Positions 35,990-46,017 of a stretch of 46,017 nt of DNA are shown in pieces. Position numbers and translations under genes: made by a program. The first letter of the stretch is position 1, and each line of letters begins with the position of its first letter. The notes beneath the pieces were generated by a model, which was not told the origin of the DNA, made no database searches, and worked only from the letters and a program-made list of their open reading frames with translations. The stretch comes from a virus (lineage: Duplodnaviria; Caudoviricetes): the IMG/VR virus record IMGVR_UViG_3300023105_000057, positions 1-46,017 of that record; one strand, given 5' to 3'.

Positions 35990-37675
35990 CTAGAATGTTA
36001 GTATTGCTTTAATTGTTTCTACCTGATCTTCTTGCCTGTTAATATAAGGCCTGTTTTCAATGTAAATAACCTCACCGGAATTTACGTTTATTTCAGGTTG
36101 ATCGGTAGAAGATGTATAACTATTTATACTCAAACCTGTAACGCTGGTTGTACTATTTGTAATAACGCTACTAGAACTTATTATGTCTATTATAGGCTGT
36201 AGCCAAACATAGTAGTTTGTGCTGTCTACTTTCTTTTGTATTACTCTAAATCTGCCGCCGCCACCTGTTGTTATGAGGTCATCTATATTGTATTTGGCGT
36301 GTTCGGTTGCACTACCAACTTCTATTCTATGTGTATTAGTGCCTGTTACAGCAGTATAAACTTGTGTATCACTATCGTATTGTTTTAAGTTTCTTATAAG
36401 CCCGACTTGTCTAAAATCGTTGCCTATGAATAAATCTGTATTAGTATTGTCATCAAAATTTACGACAATACTTATATTGTTTGCATATAACTCATTTATA
36501 GGATGAGCTCCATGCCCATCGTAAGGAGAAATAACAGCTCTTGCTGTAGCTCTGGTATCTACATCTGCATTTTCATTGCCTGCTAAATCAGTAAAGGTAA
36601 TCTCAGCAAATGTGTATCCTGACCCAGAATTAGTTACATCAACAGCAGTAATTTGCCCATCAGAATTAACTGTGGCGGCCGCTTCAGCCCCTGTACCGTC
36701 TCCCGTAATAATTACTCTAGTTCCGTTAGCCGTATAACTAGTACCCAATCCAATAATATCAATTTTATCTATAGTACCTTGAGTAGAGGTTGATTCAACA
36801 GCAGACTGTAGAGGAGGTAAAGCATCAGTATCACCGACGTTTACTACAACAGTTGCTCCTGATCCACCCCCGCCTGAAATAGTTGCAAGAGCAAAAGAGT
36901 AACCTGCTCCTGCATCTGTAATTGTAATAGCACTAACAGCGCCAGCAGAAACTGTAGCTGTTGCTGTAGCTCCACCACCGTCACCTACAATAGTAACAGT
37001 AGGTGTACTAGTATATCCTGAACCACCGTCTGTTATAGTGATAGAATCTACTTCACCATTAACATCCCCGTAAGGAGTAGTTGTAAGTTTTCTTACAGGT
37101 ATATAGTTTGTATCTAAAAATTTAGTTTGATCTGATGAAGATATTTGAAACATAAACTTCCATTTATAACCATCAGACAAGATAGCTACAGAGGTAGCTG
37201 TAGACGTTGGTTTTATTGAACTTTGTGCGCCATTATTATTGTCTAAACATTTATAGACTTTATATTCATCTGTCATTACATAAAAGTTGGCATCTTTTAA
37301 TGAAGTTGCTCCTGAAGTAGCTTGGTAATAAGTAGTCTCACCTGCAGAACCAAAAACATCTATGTAAGGTCTACCGTATTCGTGGTCATAAGCGTCATAC
37401 ACTTGACCATTTTCCCAATCTATTCGTCTTGCAACGTGACATATATCAGCAGCATCTGCTTTTTGTGCGACAATGATATTTTTTCTATAATCATTTAGAT
37501 CACAATCGTTGTCTATAGGAGCAGGAGGCGATTGTTCGTCACTCCAAGCAGTAGTTCTACCTAAAGTAATATAAAAATAATCATGTGGGGCGCCGGTAAC
37601 TACCGGTTCAACAAGATCCCGTTTAAAGGATCTTGCTAAACCGATTCGGCCCAATATAGATAGAGCTATAGCCAC
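35990..37675 (-). CDS. gp8: Baseplate wedge subunit
   Basis: [65 protein letters not shown]. Confidence 0.9.
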   Translation of the reverse strand: MAIALSILGRIGLARSFKRDLVEPVVTGAPHDYFYITLGRTTAWSDEQSPPAPIDNDCDLNDYRKNIIVAQKADAADICHVARRIDWENGQVYDAYDHEYGRPYIDVFGSAGETTYYQATSGATSLKDANFYVMTDEYKVYKCLDNNNGAQSSIKPTSTATSVAILSDGYKWKFMFQISSSDQTKFLDTNYIPVRKLTTTPYGDVNGEVDSITITDGGSGYTSTPTVTIVGDGGGATATATVSAGAVSAITITDAGAGYSFALATISGGGGSGATVVVNVGDTDALPPLQSAVESTSTQGTIDKIDIIGLGTSYTANGTRVIITGDGTGAEAAATVNSDGQITAVDVTNSGSGYTFAEITFTDLAGNENADVDTRATARAVISPYDGHGAHPINELYANNISIVVNFDDNTNTDLFIGNDFRQVGLIRNLKQYDSDTQVYTAVTGTNTHRIEVGSATEHAKYNIDDLITTGGGGRFRVIQKKVDSTNYYVWLQPIIDIISSSSVITNSTTSVTGLSINSYTSSTDQPEINVNSGEVIYIENRPYINRQEDQVETIKAILTF

Positions 37676-37687
37676 TATATTTACCTA

Positions 37688-38137
37688 TTAAGAAATAGTT
37701 ACAGTCCAGGTTACAGTCATGCTGTCAGAAGCACCTTTGTTGATTACTGAGAAAACAGTACGACAAAGCATTGTGCCTGCTGAAGAAGCATTAAAAATAC
37801 CTGCTTCTGTAAGTGCGCCAGTACCAGTACCAGCTGCGAAAGTACAAACATACGCAACAGCGTTGTCAGTAACAGTGGTAGAAGTAAGAGCTGTACGAGA
37901 TGAGCTTACTGCTGAACCAAGAGCAGTGTCACCAGAAGCGGCTGCTGTGTTATCAGTGCCTACTTCCATGTGTGACATTGCAGTAGCAGTTGCGTCTTTC
38001 ATACGTGAAGCAATGAAGTCAAGGCCAGTGTCAACAACCAAGTTGTTTACAGTGAAGTCCTCTTTAACATTACCAAACTCATCCTTAAGTACGACATTTA
38101 CTTTACCTGTCGCTTTCATAGTTTCTTTGTTAAACAT
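37688..38137 (-). CDS. Small beta-rich fibre-type structural protein (tail-collar-fibre-like)
   Basis: NLVVDTG, VGTDNTAAASGDTALG, LTEAGIFNASSAGTMLCR, INKGASDSMTVTWTV; GGAG RBS; capsid-like codon choice. Confidence 0.75.
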   Translation of the reverse strand: MFNKETMKATGKVNVVLKDEFGNVKEDFTVNNLVVDTGLDFIASRMKDATATAMSHMEVGTDNTAAASGDTALGSAVSSSRTALTSTTVTDNAVAYVCTFAAGTGTGALTEAGIFNASSAGTMLCRTVFSVINKGASDSMTVTWTVTIS

Positions 38138-38155
38138 TTTCGTTCTCCAAAATTG

Positions 38156-39560
38156 TTATAGTGTGTAATTAGTACCAACATAACTTTCAGCGAAGTATGT
38201 TGGATCCGAATAATTTTGTACGTTTGCAGTAGCACTTTCTGTTGCTAGTGCGCCACTGTCTGTAATGTTCTTACCGAAATCTTTTGCGTCTGCCTCTGCA
38301 GCGCCTGCTGAATCTGTATTAGCATTACTTGTATTTATAACCGGTACATCAGTTGAGGTCAGTGTTTCAGCATTATTTAAATCATAACTTATAATAAGTT
38401 GCTGTGTAGCTGTTGCACTGTCAGCCAGTACCTGTTCAATACTTACTTCTGTAATTACACTGTCTGAAGTTGTTACACTATCAGCCAATGTCTTACCGAC
38501 ACTTACTTGGTTTTCGTCCGCTATTGAAGCTCTATCGTCAGTTGTCGCTGTATCTGCAATCGCTCTAGTAAGTGTCCAACTAGTTCCGTTGTCAGTTGTT
38601 GTAGCTGTATCTGACGGATTCTTACCTACTGTCAGTGTGCTAGATTCTGTGGCTGTTGCCGAATCCGCCAAGCTGACCGGTATGAATATTTGTGCGTTAA
38701 ATGATTCTGTAGCTGAAACACTATCACTGAAAGAAGTTATGTAACTTATTGCATGACTTTCAGTTGCCGAAGCAGAATCATTCAGTCGCTTACCTATTAA
38801 GACTTCATTTTCATCTTCTATTGAAGCCTTATCATCAGGAGTTGCTATGTCAGCAAGAACCTGTGAAATATTAAAATTATTTATTACCTCTGTAACAGAC
38901 ACAGAATCAGATGGATTTGGTTGTATGTTTAGTACCGGTGTATCTGATACTGACTGTGCTTCAGTAAATGGTAAACTCGTTCCTATTTCTACTGTCTCTG
39001 CTACTGTGGCTGTATCTGTAAATGATGCTGTCCACGTTACAACAGGAACAAAAGTTTCTGACGCTGTTACTGTATCTGAAAAATCTATTATTTTTTCCAT
39101 AACATAACCAAACAATTCAGTAGCAGTAACAGTATCTGATGGGTTTACGCCCCAGTCATATAAGTATGCAAATGATTCAGTAACAGAGACAACATCCTGT
39201 AAATACTTTTGATAACTTATCTGAAGGCCGCCATCTCTTACATAGAAATCATTATCCAAGTAATCGCCGGCATCATTAGCAAAGTAATTTTGTTCTCCTG
39301 CGTCATCTGAGATTGTTGTATCTGTCAACGCTTTATTGACAGTAAAGGGGCCTATTTCTTCGCTTGTTGTTGTCGCATCTTCTGTATTTTTGCCGAAATG
39401 TATTACAAAACCACCTTCTCCCAGATAAGAATCAGCATCAACCATGTAATCTTCAGCAAAGTAATCCTGTGAACCTGAGTCATCAATAGTTGCACTATCA
39501 GCCAAAGGTCTTTCTACTAGTTTAGCAACAAGTTCGCTTGTAGTTGTAGTGTCCTCTTTG
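38156..39560 (-). repeat. About 21 degenerate 18-20-aa repeats x-D-[ST]-x-[TS]-x-x-[DE] in the gp7 tail
   Basis: [56 protein letters not shown] and others. Confidence 0.85.
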
Positions 39561-41668
39561 ACCATGAAATATTCAATAGCAATTGCATCAGATGTATCAC
39601 CGCCTTCGCCTGCGAATATATCTTCCTCGAAGAATCGAATATGATAACCAGGTGCAGTTACAGTAATATCAGAGAAAACTACTTCATTTGTGATTGTTAG
39701 ATCACCAAATACTTCCCATCCAGCAGGATGAATTGTTCCTTTAATAATATCATTCCAATCGCTCTGAGGAGTAGAAGATTTGACAATATAAGAATAACTT
39801 TGATATTTACGATTATCCTGTAGTCGGTTAACATCAGAGAGTTTGCCTCTGTCATCTACATATTGGCCTGTATATGTAAATAGATAACCAGTGGTTAGTG
39901 TAACAGTTGATGTTTCACCTGTAGCAGATGTAAGTACAAGATCTACTGATCCTTTATTGAAACCATACCCAGGTGTAATGATTCTCCATGTTGAAGGAGC
40001 GTTAGAACTTGATACAGTTATTATTTTACCATAAGAATCATTGGTGCCGCCAATAATAACATAATCCTCAGCAAAGTAATCTAGTGCGTACCCTATAGCA
40101 TCATCACCAGATTCATTTATAGAAAAGACTTGTCCTGCTGAGAATCCTGCGTCAGCGCCTGAGTATGTTCCTGCTGATATGCTTGTTAAAGTTCTTCCTA
40201 AATATGCTTTTACATTAGAGCTTGAGGGCAACTCATCTCTTAGTACAATAAAGGTTCTTCTACTGTCAGTGTTTAAGGATAAAGTAGTAGTAGACGAGTA
40301 ATATCCAGAACCTTTATTGTCTATGTCAAAATCAGTAATTACACTGTTTGCTACTTCTGCTCTAATCTCAGCGCCAGTTCCACCAGAAGGATCTATGATA
40401 CTAACAATAGGAGCAGCAAGATAATCTTGTCCAGCATCTGTTACTGTAACATCATTTAGTTTTAACTCGCCTTCAACGAGTGTTGCTACATCAAAGGTAA
40501 GATCTGCGCCACCGCCGCCACCAAGATCTGCATCTGCAATAGTTATAGTCTCATCTATTACAAACCCTTCACCATCAGTGTCAATAGTTATAGTTGCGGC
40601 ACCCGCGCCGTCAACAACAACAGTAAACTCGGCAGCTGAGCCATCGCCATCTGAAGTCCAATCAGCAGTTGTGATTGTATATGTGCCTGCCGCACGACTT
40701 GCATCTGCGGCTCCGATAGTATCTACTGTATCAATGGGGCCTTCCCATACAGGTGTAGCTCGACCGTCTGCGCCAGGACCAGGTATTGATGTTCTTGCCG
40801 ATTCAAATTTTAGATATACTTCATATTGTTGAGGAGCGGTGTAGGCTATTTTTATTACATCTACAACCTCTGCTTCTATTTTATATAAACGAGTAAGAGT
40901 GCCTGTAGTAGAATAGTAACATAAATCTATTAACTTTCCTTGAAGATTTAGCACTTCATAATCGTTAGCAGATGTTACCTTAATAGCCTGTGACTGTTGC
41001 CATCTACCATCAGATGCACGTAAAACATATTTGCTTGGATATATTACGTCAACATCTTCTCCGTAAAACAAACGGAAAAAGGACTCCGTAGAAGCCTTTG
41101 TCCCTTTACTCTCATAGATGTCCTTAATGTGTTTATAGAAAAACTTTTTATCAACAGGAATAGTTTTAGGCCATTTTCTAGCCAGAAGCAAACGCCATTT
41201 TTCTAACTCGTTGTCAGTTGCTTCGTCAATATCATAGTAGCTTTTATTTAATAGTAAATTGATTGGATTGTTTTCTGAGTCCATCCAATCATAGTATTTC
41301 TCTAAGAAAGTTACAAAGGTAGTATAATCATTTTGTACAAATTCAGGTAGGGTATACTTTACATTATTTGCGTTTACTTTTATGTGTTCTGATTTAGGAC
41401 CGTGGGCAAAATTAAGGACTGCTGTAAGTATTGCTCCACCAGAACCTGCTACAGTAACAGTAGGAGTAGAGGTATAGCCGTTACCAATGTTTGTTACAGT
41501 AACAGTAGCAATCTCACCACTAACAACGGTACAAGTAGCTGTGGCGCCTGTTCCGCCGCCGCCTGAAATTGTTATAGCAGGAGGATTGGCAGAATTGTAT
41601 CCGCTACCTGCGTTGGTGATTGTTATAGATTCTACATATCTATAGAAACTAGGTATCTGATGAGCCAT
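38156..41668 (-). CDS. gp7: Baseplate wedge initiator-like protein with long repetitive C-terminal tail
   Basis: LPEFV...[54 protein letters not shown]; lies between gp6 and gp8. Confidence 0.8.
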   Translation of the reverse strand: MAHQIPSFYRYVESITITNAGSGYNSANPPAITISGGGGTGATATCTVVSGEIATVTVTNIGNGYTSTPTVTVAGSGGAILTAVLNFAHGPKSEHIKVNANNVKYTLPEFVQNDYTTFVTFLEKYYDWMDSENNPINLLLNKSYYDIDEATDNELEKWRLLLARKWPKTIPVDKKFFYKHIKDIYESKGTKASTESFFRLFYGEDVDVIYPSKYVLRASDGRWQQSQAIKVTSANDYEVLNLQGKLIDLCYYSTTGTLTRLYKIEAEVVDVIKIAYTAPQQYEVYLKFESARTSIPGPGADGRATPVWEGPIDTVDTIGAADASRAAGTYTITTADWTSDGDGSAAEFTVVVDGAGAATITIDTDGEGFVIDETITIADADLGGGGGADLTFDVATLVEGELKLNDVTVTDAGQDYLAAPIVSIIDPSGGTGAEIRAEVANSVITDFDIDNKGSGYYSSTTTLSLNTDSRRTFIVLRDELPSSSNVKAYLGRTLTSISAGTYSGADAGFSAGQVFSINESGDDAIGYALDYFAEDYVIIGGTNDSYGKIITVSSSNAPSTWRIITPGYGFNKGSVDLVLTSATGETSTVTLTTGYLFTYTGQYVDDRGKLSDVNRLQDNRKYQSYSYIVKSSTPQSDWNDIIKGTIHPAGWEVFGDLTITNEVVFSDITVTAPGYHIRFFEEDIFAGEGGDTSDAIAIEYFMVKEDTTTTSELVAKLVERPLADSATIDDSGSQDYFAEDYMVDADSYLGEGGFVIHFGKNTEDATTTSEEIGPFTVNKALTDTTISDDAGEQNYFANDAGDYLDNDFYVRDGGLQISYQKYLQDVVSVTESFAYLYDWGVNPSDTVTATELFGYVMEKIIDFSDTVTASETFVPVVTWTASFTDTATVAETVEIGTSLPFTEAQSVSDTPVLNIQPNPSDSVSVTEVINNFNISQVLADIATPDDKASIEDENEVLIGKRLNDSASATESHAISYITSFSDSVSATESFNAQIFIPVSLADSATATESSTLTVGKNPSDTATTTDNGTSWTLTRAIADTATTDDRASIADENQVSVGKTLADSVTTSDSVITEVSIEQVLADSATATQQLIISYDLNNAETLTSTDVPVINTSNANTDSAGAAEADAKDFGKNITDSGALATESATANVQNYSDPTYFAESYVGTNYTL
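38332..38339 (-). promoter_or_regulatory. Candidate internal late promoter upstream of the 149-aa gene
   Basis: Perfect TATAAATA inside the gp7 3' end, about 195 nt before the next start. Similar gene-internal boxes lie at 36121-36128, 28522-28529 and 18875-18882. Confidence 0.5.
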
Positions 41669-43578
41669 TAATCATCTTCTGTATATTGGCTGACTATTAT
41701 TTCTAATCCTTTTCTAGCGCCTGTTAAAGTATTAAGAACAGTATCGTCCCTAGTCAAAACAGTATTTTTAGAAGGATAAGCTACAACAGCACTAGAACCA
41801 TCCGGTGCTGATACTCTAGTCAGAACATTGGTTTTAATATCTTTAACGTCATCATGTGGTTTAAAATTAACACGTATAAAGGTGTCAGGGCCTACATAAC
41901 TAGCAATAGTTGCAGTAAAATTAATTAATCCAGTATCATAATTAACAGTACCTACTAATGATAGATTTTCACCTGTTTCATTTTGTAAATATATTTTACC
42001 ATTGCCATTATATTCTGGGGGATTAACGCCTGTATCAGGGATGTCTACTAATTTGCATTTAATAGTTGCAGTCTCTACAGTAGCATTGAACCAAGTAGAA
42101 TGTAATGTTCTAGGTTCTAATTTATTATGAAACTCCATTTGAAATGACTCAGCAACAGTCAAAGTTCTTGGCGTAAATCTTTTTTGTAATTTAGGATTTA
42201 TGTTTATAGATATAATAGAGTTTGAAGCAGCTTTTACGTAATTATAAAGTCTGCTCAAATAAAAGTTTTTATTTAGAACATTTAATTCATTCGTAAAGTA
42301 GTTATTTACAGCCGTTGTCACAACGGCCTGAATACCACCTTGAGTTAAAGGAGTGGACTTAGGATTGTAAACGACCCCAATTTTTAGTTGAATGTAAGTG
42401 CGTATAGGATCTACAAACTCAGCCAAAATACCCAAAGGAGCTTTTGGTGCAATTATTTCTGTTTGTATAGCATCTTTATCATTCTGTGTTATTGTTGCAC
42501 CCTCAACAGGATCCAAAGATATAAAAACCTTTCCGTAAATAGGTGGAATATTATCTTCTCCGCCCCACACAGAAACCGATTGTATATGTGTGTTACTTGC
42601 TTTTATAAGGGCTTCATAGTCAGCAGAAGTCACTGCTCTATTTCTTGTCTGATTATAACGAGGAGCAGATTGACGTATTGAGTCTATAGTTTCTCTATCT
42701 TGACCACCAGAAGAATTGCTTACTACTGTTACGCTTACTGACTCTCCTGATGTAACAAATGTCTCTGTTACAGAAAAAGAAGAACCAAAATTAGCAGCTT
42801 CACCTGTTGAATTTATATAGTCTATAATAACAACATTTCCTGCTTCTAGTTTTTTACCTATATAATCATCACCAAAACGAATAATATAAAGCCCATCAAT
42901 ATCTTCTTCAATAAAAAAGGCTTTTGTAGTTGTACTTACGTCTGTAATATTAGTATAATTTTTATATGTAGAAAGTGTTAAGTTTGTAGCAGAATCCTGT
43001 ACTCTAACTCTTATTGTAGTAGTATCTACATTTTTATTCGGTATAACAAATGGGCCCGACACGTTGGTAGAGTCTACCAAAAACCTATTTTCAACTCTTG
43101 TACCTTCAGTTACAGATAGGTTATCAAAATAAAAACCGCCTACACCGTCTCTTGTTTCTTTATTTACAGTTACAGTATTTCTAGGATAAAAATAATAATT
43201 TTTTTGTCCTATAACTGAGGTAAAAATTACATCTCTACTGAGAGTTAAGGAAGTAACAGAAGCCGGTAAAATTGATCCTGTGATAGCAAGATTAATTACT
43301 GCCGTTGATCCTCTTACCGAACGAGGAGTATAGCCGAGAGCTTTAGCATGAGATACTACAGAGTTTCTTTTTATAGCAGTATCTAAGAATCCTTCGTTGG
43401 CCTGCATATGTGCTAACATAGCATTGTAATGGGTATTATATGCTAAGGCATCAAGCAATACGGACATAGCAGAGCCTTCAAAGTCATAATCACTAAACTC
43501 TGATTGTGCTTCTAAATAATTTTTCAGACTTTGTTTAATGTCTGCAAAATCTAATTCTGTTACATTTAATTGCGCCAT
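41668..43578 (-). CDS. gp6: Baseplate wedge subunit
   Basis: [57 protein letters not shown]. Confidence 0.95.
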   Translation of the reverse strand: MAQLNVTELDFADIKQSLKNYLEAQSEFSDYDFEGSAMSVLLDALAYNTHYNAMLAHMQANEGFLDTAIKRNSVVSHAKALGYTPRSVRGSTAVINLAITGSILPASVTSLTLSRDVIFTSVIGQKNYYFYPRNTVTVNKETRDGVGGFYFDNLSVTEGTRVENRFLVDSTNVSGPFVIPNKNVDTTTIRVRVQDSATNLTLSTYKNYTNITDVSTTTKAFFIEEDIDGLYIIRFGDDYIGKKLEAGNVVIIDYINSTGEAANFGSSFSVTETFVTSGESVSVTVVSNSSGGQDRETIDSIRQSAPRYNQTRNRAVTSADYEALIKASNTHIQSVSVWGGEDNIPPIYGKVFISLDPVEGATITQNDKDAIQTEIIAPKAPLGILAEFVDPIRTYIQLKIGVVYNPKSTPLTQGGIQAVVTTAVNNYFTNELNVLNKNFYLSRLYNYVKAASNSIISININPKLQKRFTPRTLTVAESFQMEFHNKLEPRTLHSTWFNATVETATIKCKLVDIPDTGVNPPEYNGNGKIYLQNETGENLSLVGTVNYDTGLINFTATIASYVGPDTFIRVNFKPHDDVKDIKTNVLTRVSAPDGSSAVVAYPSKNTVLTRDDTVLNTLTGARKGLEIIVSQYTEDD

Positions 43579-43579
43579 G

Positions 43580-43984
43580 TTACCTTAACCTTGCTAAGTT
43601 TGCTGTTATTATTTGAGGCTGTGGAAACCCTACTACTGCATACTGTAAATATACATTATAAGAAACTTCATCTTGACCAACAGTTACATCTAATTCTTGT
43701 ATAAGTGCTCTAGGCTCGTATGTTTCTATGACTTGTTGTATATTTTTTCTTAAAAGATTTGCTGTCAACCCATCAATTTGACCGAACAAATATGACCTTA
43801 AATTTGCTCCTTTACTAACCTCAAAGGGTCTCTCGTAAAAGTTGGTTTGTAATAATATCTGAATTGCTTGTTTGACAGCAGCTACATCTGTTTTTTTATT
43901 TAGATCAGAGGTAATTGAGTTCTTAGTAAAACTCAAATCAAAGTCTTTATAGACTCTAGATATTTTTTTAGTTTCTGTGGACAT
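43580..43984 (-). CDS. gp25: Baseplate wedge subunit (sheath initiator)
   Basis: YKDFDLSF, AVKQAI..LLQTNFYERPF, YEPRA, L.RLR. Confidence 0.92.
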   Translation of the reverse strand: MSTETKKISRVYKDFDLSFTKNSITSDLNKKTDVAAVKQAIQILLQTNFYERPFEVSKGANLRSYLFGQIDGLTANLLRKNIQQVIETYEPRALIQELDVTVGQDEVSYNVYLQYAVVGFPQPQIITANLARLR

Positions 43985-43989
43985 ACGAG

Positions 43990-43997
43990 TATTTATA
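43990..43997 (-). promoter_or_regulatory. T4-type late promoter box 5 nt upstream of the gp25 ATG
   Basis: TATAAATA-CTCGT-ATG. Confidence 0.8.
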
Positions 43998-44000
43998 ACC

Positions 44001-44723
44001 TTAAATGTTAAATCTTAGCCGCGAATCTGAAATTCCTTCATACTCAATTAGCGCTTCTTCTTCTTGTGCCTCTAGATCTATAACAAACTCTGGTTGTATT
44101 ACTATAGGTTGCTGTCTGCCTCCTGGCAAATCTATACCCCATTTACCTGGTTCTATAACTATAGGTTTACCTCTCAATACTAGAGAACCGTCTGCTGCTT
44201 TACCATAGTCATCAACCATATGACATAAATTCTTAGCAGTTATAGCTCCATCTTTGATTAAGGATACTACATTATCATAATCTATATCAACACCGCTCCA
44301 TTTGTTTTTAAAGTTAGACACTTCATTTGCAATTTGTTCTGTTGTCAATACTGCATTTATTGCTGTTGAAGCTATTGGTTTAACTTTATTAACAAACCCT
44401 CTCAAATCCTGAGAAAAAGACCCCTCTTCACCTTCTTCATATTCAATAGCCTGATCTGCATACTCTAATATGCCGCCAACAGGATCGTTATAGAATTTCA
44501 TAACTTTTTCATAATGAGCATAATATTCTGCATATTTTTCTGCACCAATAATATATTCTGCAATGCCTTGTCCTGTAGTAGGAAAGCCAGGTATAAAAGT
44601 AGCAGCAAGGCCTAGTAAACCAGCCGATTCATCTAGTCCGGCTAGTGTATCTAAAAGCTCCATTTGCTTAGGACTTAAACCACATCCATGCGTTGCTTCT
44701 GCTTCTGTATCGTGTTCTGACAT
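44001..44723 (-). CDS. Hypothetical acidic protein between gp5 and gp25
   Basis: 240-aa ORF that fills the gap; no PAAR or lysozyme motif recognised. Confidence 0.65.
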   Translation of the reverse strand: MSEHDTEAEATHGCGLSPKQMELLDTLAGLDESAGLLGLAATFIPGFPTTGQGIAEYIIGAEKYAEYYAHYEKVMKFYNDPVGGILEYADQAIEYEEGEEGSFSQDLRGFVNKVKPIASTAINAVLTTEQIANEVSNFKNKWSGVDIDYDNVVSLIKDGAITAKNLCHMVDDYGKAADGSLVLRGKPIVIEPGKWGIDLPGGRQQPIVIQPEFVIDLEAQEEEALIEYEGISDSRLRFNI

Positions 44724-44731
44724 TTCTTATC

Positions 44732-46017
44732 CTAAGGTATTGAAGGAGTAGTAGGAGCACCGAGTGATGTTGCTACGTGTTTGTGTAAGTTCAAATCAAT
44801 ACCTGTAATAGTAGTAACCTGGGTTCCTAAAATATTTCCAGTCACGTTATACATACCTAAATGTGATGTAATTGGTGTCGTAATTTGCCTAACACCTGCA
44901 ATAGTATTCTGTAAGCCTATAACAGAAATAGTCTGTGTTGCTCCTGATTCAAGTAATTGATTACCAACACAAGCAACCTTTTGTGAAACTCCGGAAGTCA
45001 AATCCATAGCTATTCCAGAATTTAATTTAACATATGCTGCACTTTCTAAAGAGGCCATCAGTGGACCTTGTGCTTTGAAAACAGTTCCCGCATCACAAGC
45101 AATACTTTTAGCTGCTGTCAATGTAATAGTTTTATTTCCAGATGATATGTTCATTTGTCCGCCAGATGTAAATTGTCCTCTACCCTGCGCGGTAAAACTT
45201 ATGTCGTTTGCTGCACTAACAATGAAGGCGCCTTGACCATCACTGTTACCTATATTGTAACCTACATTTGAATGGCATTCTAATACATCAGTTCCTATGA
45301 CCTTAGTATGACGATTTTTTTCAACAATAGTAAATTGATTGCCTTTAATCTCCTCATACTTATCACCCTCAACAAGCATTTTACAATCACCTTTAATTGT
45401 AACATTACACCCGCCTGTTATATAAACATCTTTGCCTTGCATAACAATCTCAACATCTCTAGATACTATTTTAGTAACCCTAGTTCCGTCTGACTGTATT
45501 TCTCTATATGTCCCTGAATTATGATACTCATGTATTCTGCCATTAAAAGGAGTATCGTCTACTTCAAATATGTGTCCTGATTCAGTTTCTTTAACGTGAT
45601 TGTAAGGATAAACTGAGGTTGTTCCATTTTCAAAAGTCGGAACAGTCCCAGGTTCACTGTAGGTTCCTTCTCCTGTAGTCCCCCAGCGAGCATGAGGTTC
45701 AGACCAAGATCCGTTCTCATATGAAGCTCCTGAAATATTCGGGGAAGTGTTACTAACATCAGGCGCTCTCGCAGTAGGAACTTCTTCCACTCTAACACTT
45801 CTTTTCTTAATTAAGCTAGCGTGTTTCTCTGCTTCTCCGCCTCGGGCTAATCTTGACAAGTCGGATTCTTTGAGTCCGTTTCTACCTTCTTTAGTAGTGA
45901 AAGGATAAATGTGTTTTGGATCGTTAAAACCTACTTTGTCATCTTCTACTTTTTCTGTAGGAAGGCCTGGCATCGAGCCAAGTATAACTGGTTGTTGTTC
46001 GTCATCACCATCAACAA
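44732..46017 (-). CDS. gp5: Baseplate hub central spike, 5' end outside the window
   Basis: The frame stays open upstream of 45973 (VDGDDEQQPVILGSMPG, the end of the gp5 OB-fold); YPYNHV.ETESGH.FE.DDTP..RI..YH.SGT; beta-helix repeats; C-terminal LHKH. Confidence 0.9.
   Translation of the reverse strand, partial: VDGDDEQQPVILGSMPGLPTEKVEDDKVGFNDPKHIYPFTTKEGRNGLKESDLSRLARGGEAEKHASLIKKRSVRVEEVPTARAPDVSNTSPNISGASYENGSWSEPHARWGTTGEGTYSEPGTVPTFENGTTSVYPYNHVKETESGHIFEVDDTPFNGRIHEYHNSGTYREIQSDGTRVTKIVSRDVEIVMQGKDVYITGGCNVTIKGDCKMLVEGDKYEEIKGNQFTIVEKNRHTKVIGTDVLECHSNVGYNIGNSDGQGAFIVSAANDISFTAQGRGQFTSGGQMNISSGNKTITLTAAKSIACDAGTVFKAQGPLMASLESAAYVKLNSGIAMDLTSGVSQKVACVGNQLLESGATQTISVIGLQNTIAGVRQITTPITSHLGMYNVTGNILGTQVTTITGIDLNLHKHVATSLGAPTTPSIP

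Noticed and set aside
45971-45973. ATG at 45973 as the gp5 start
   Set aside because: The frame is open to the window edge and encodes the conserved DG...QP.ILG end of the OB-fold, so the real start lies outside the window.
1-46017. tRNA, rRNA, integrase or transposase
   Set aside because: Intergenic gaps are mostly under 70 nt and none shows a cloverleaf; no recombinase motifs were recognised.

Overview
This window is the virion-morphogenesis block of a large T4-like myovirus (marine T4-like/cyanophage-style gene set, roughly 35-40% GC by eye), almost entirely on the minus strand. In transcription order (right to left): gp5 (5'-truncated by the window edge), a hypothetical gene, gp25, gp6, gp7-like, a 149-aa fibre-type protein, gp8 and a 2427-aa VrlC/DUF4815-type structural protein. 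Next comes a fibre-and-modification island where T4 has gp9-gp12/wac: a Tyr/Gly-repeat needle protein, a probable chaperone, five GT-A glycosyltransferases, a 2OG-Fe(II)-like oxygenase, a methyltransferase-fold protein and five Mtd_N-like fibre proteins. It is followed by gp13-gp20, the prohead core genes and gp21-gp23. Perfect TATAAATA T4 late-promoter boxes punctuate the region. The most unusual element lies after the gp23 terminator, where T4 has gp24: two tandem, overlapping paralogues behind their own late box, each with a signal peptide, a CxxCH c-type heme domain and the copper ligands of PHM/DBH-type monooxygenases. The second paralogue is missing from the supplied ORF track. Other highlights are an inverted late-promoter glycosyltransferase cassette (candidate virion glycosylation), a mirror-symmetric aromatic/Gly hairpin fibre, a gp7 tail of about 21 repeats beside a small probable high-copy protein (candidate templated filament), shared terminal motifs among the fibres, and a gp5 with a gpV-type HxH apex and no lysozyme. 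No tRNA, rRNA, CRISPR array or mobile element was seen. All family calls come from motif recognition and synteny; no database search was run.
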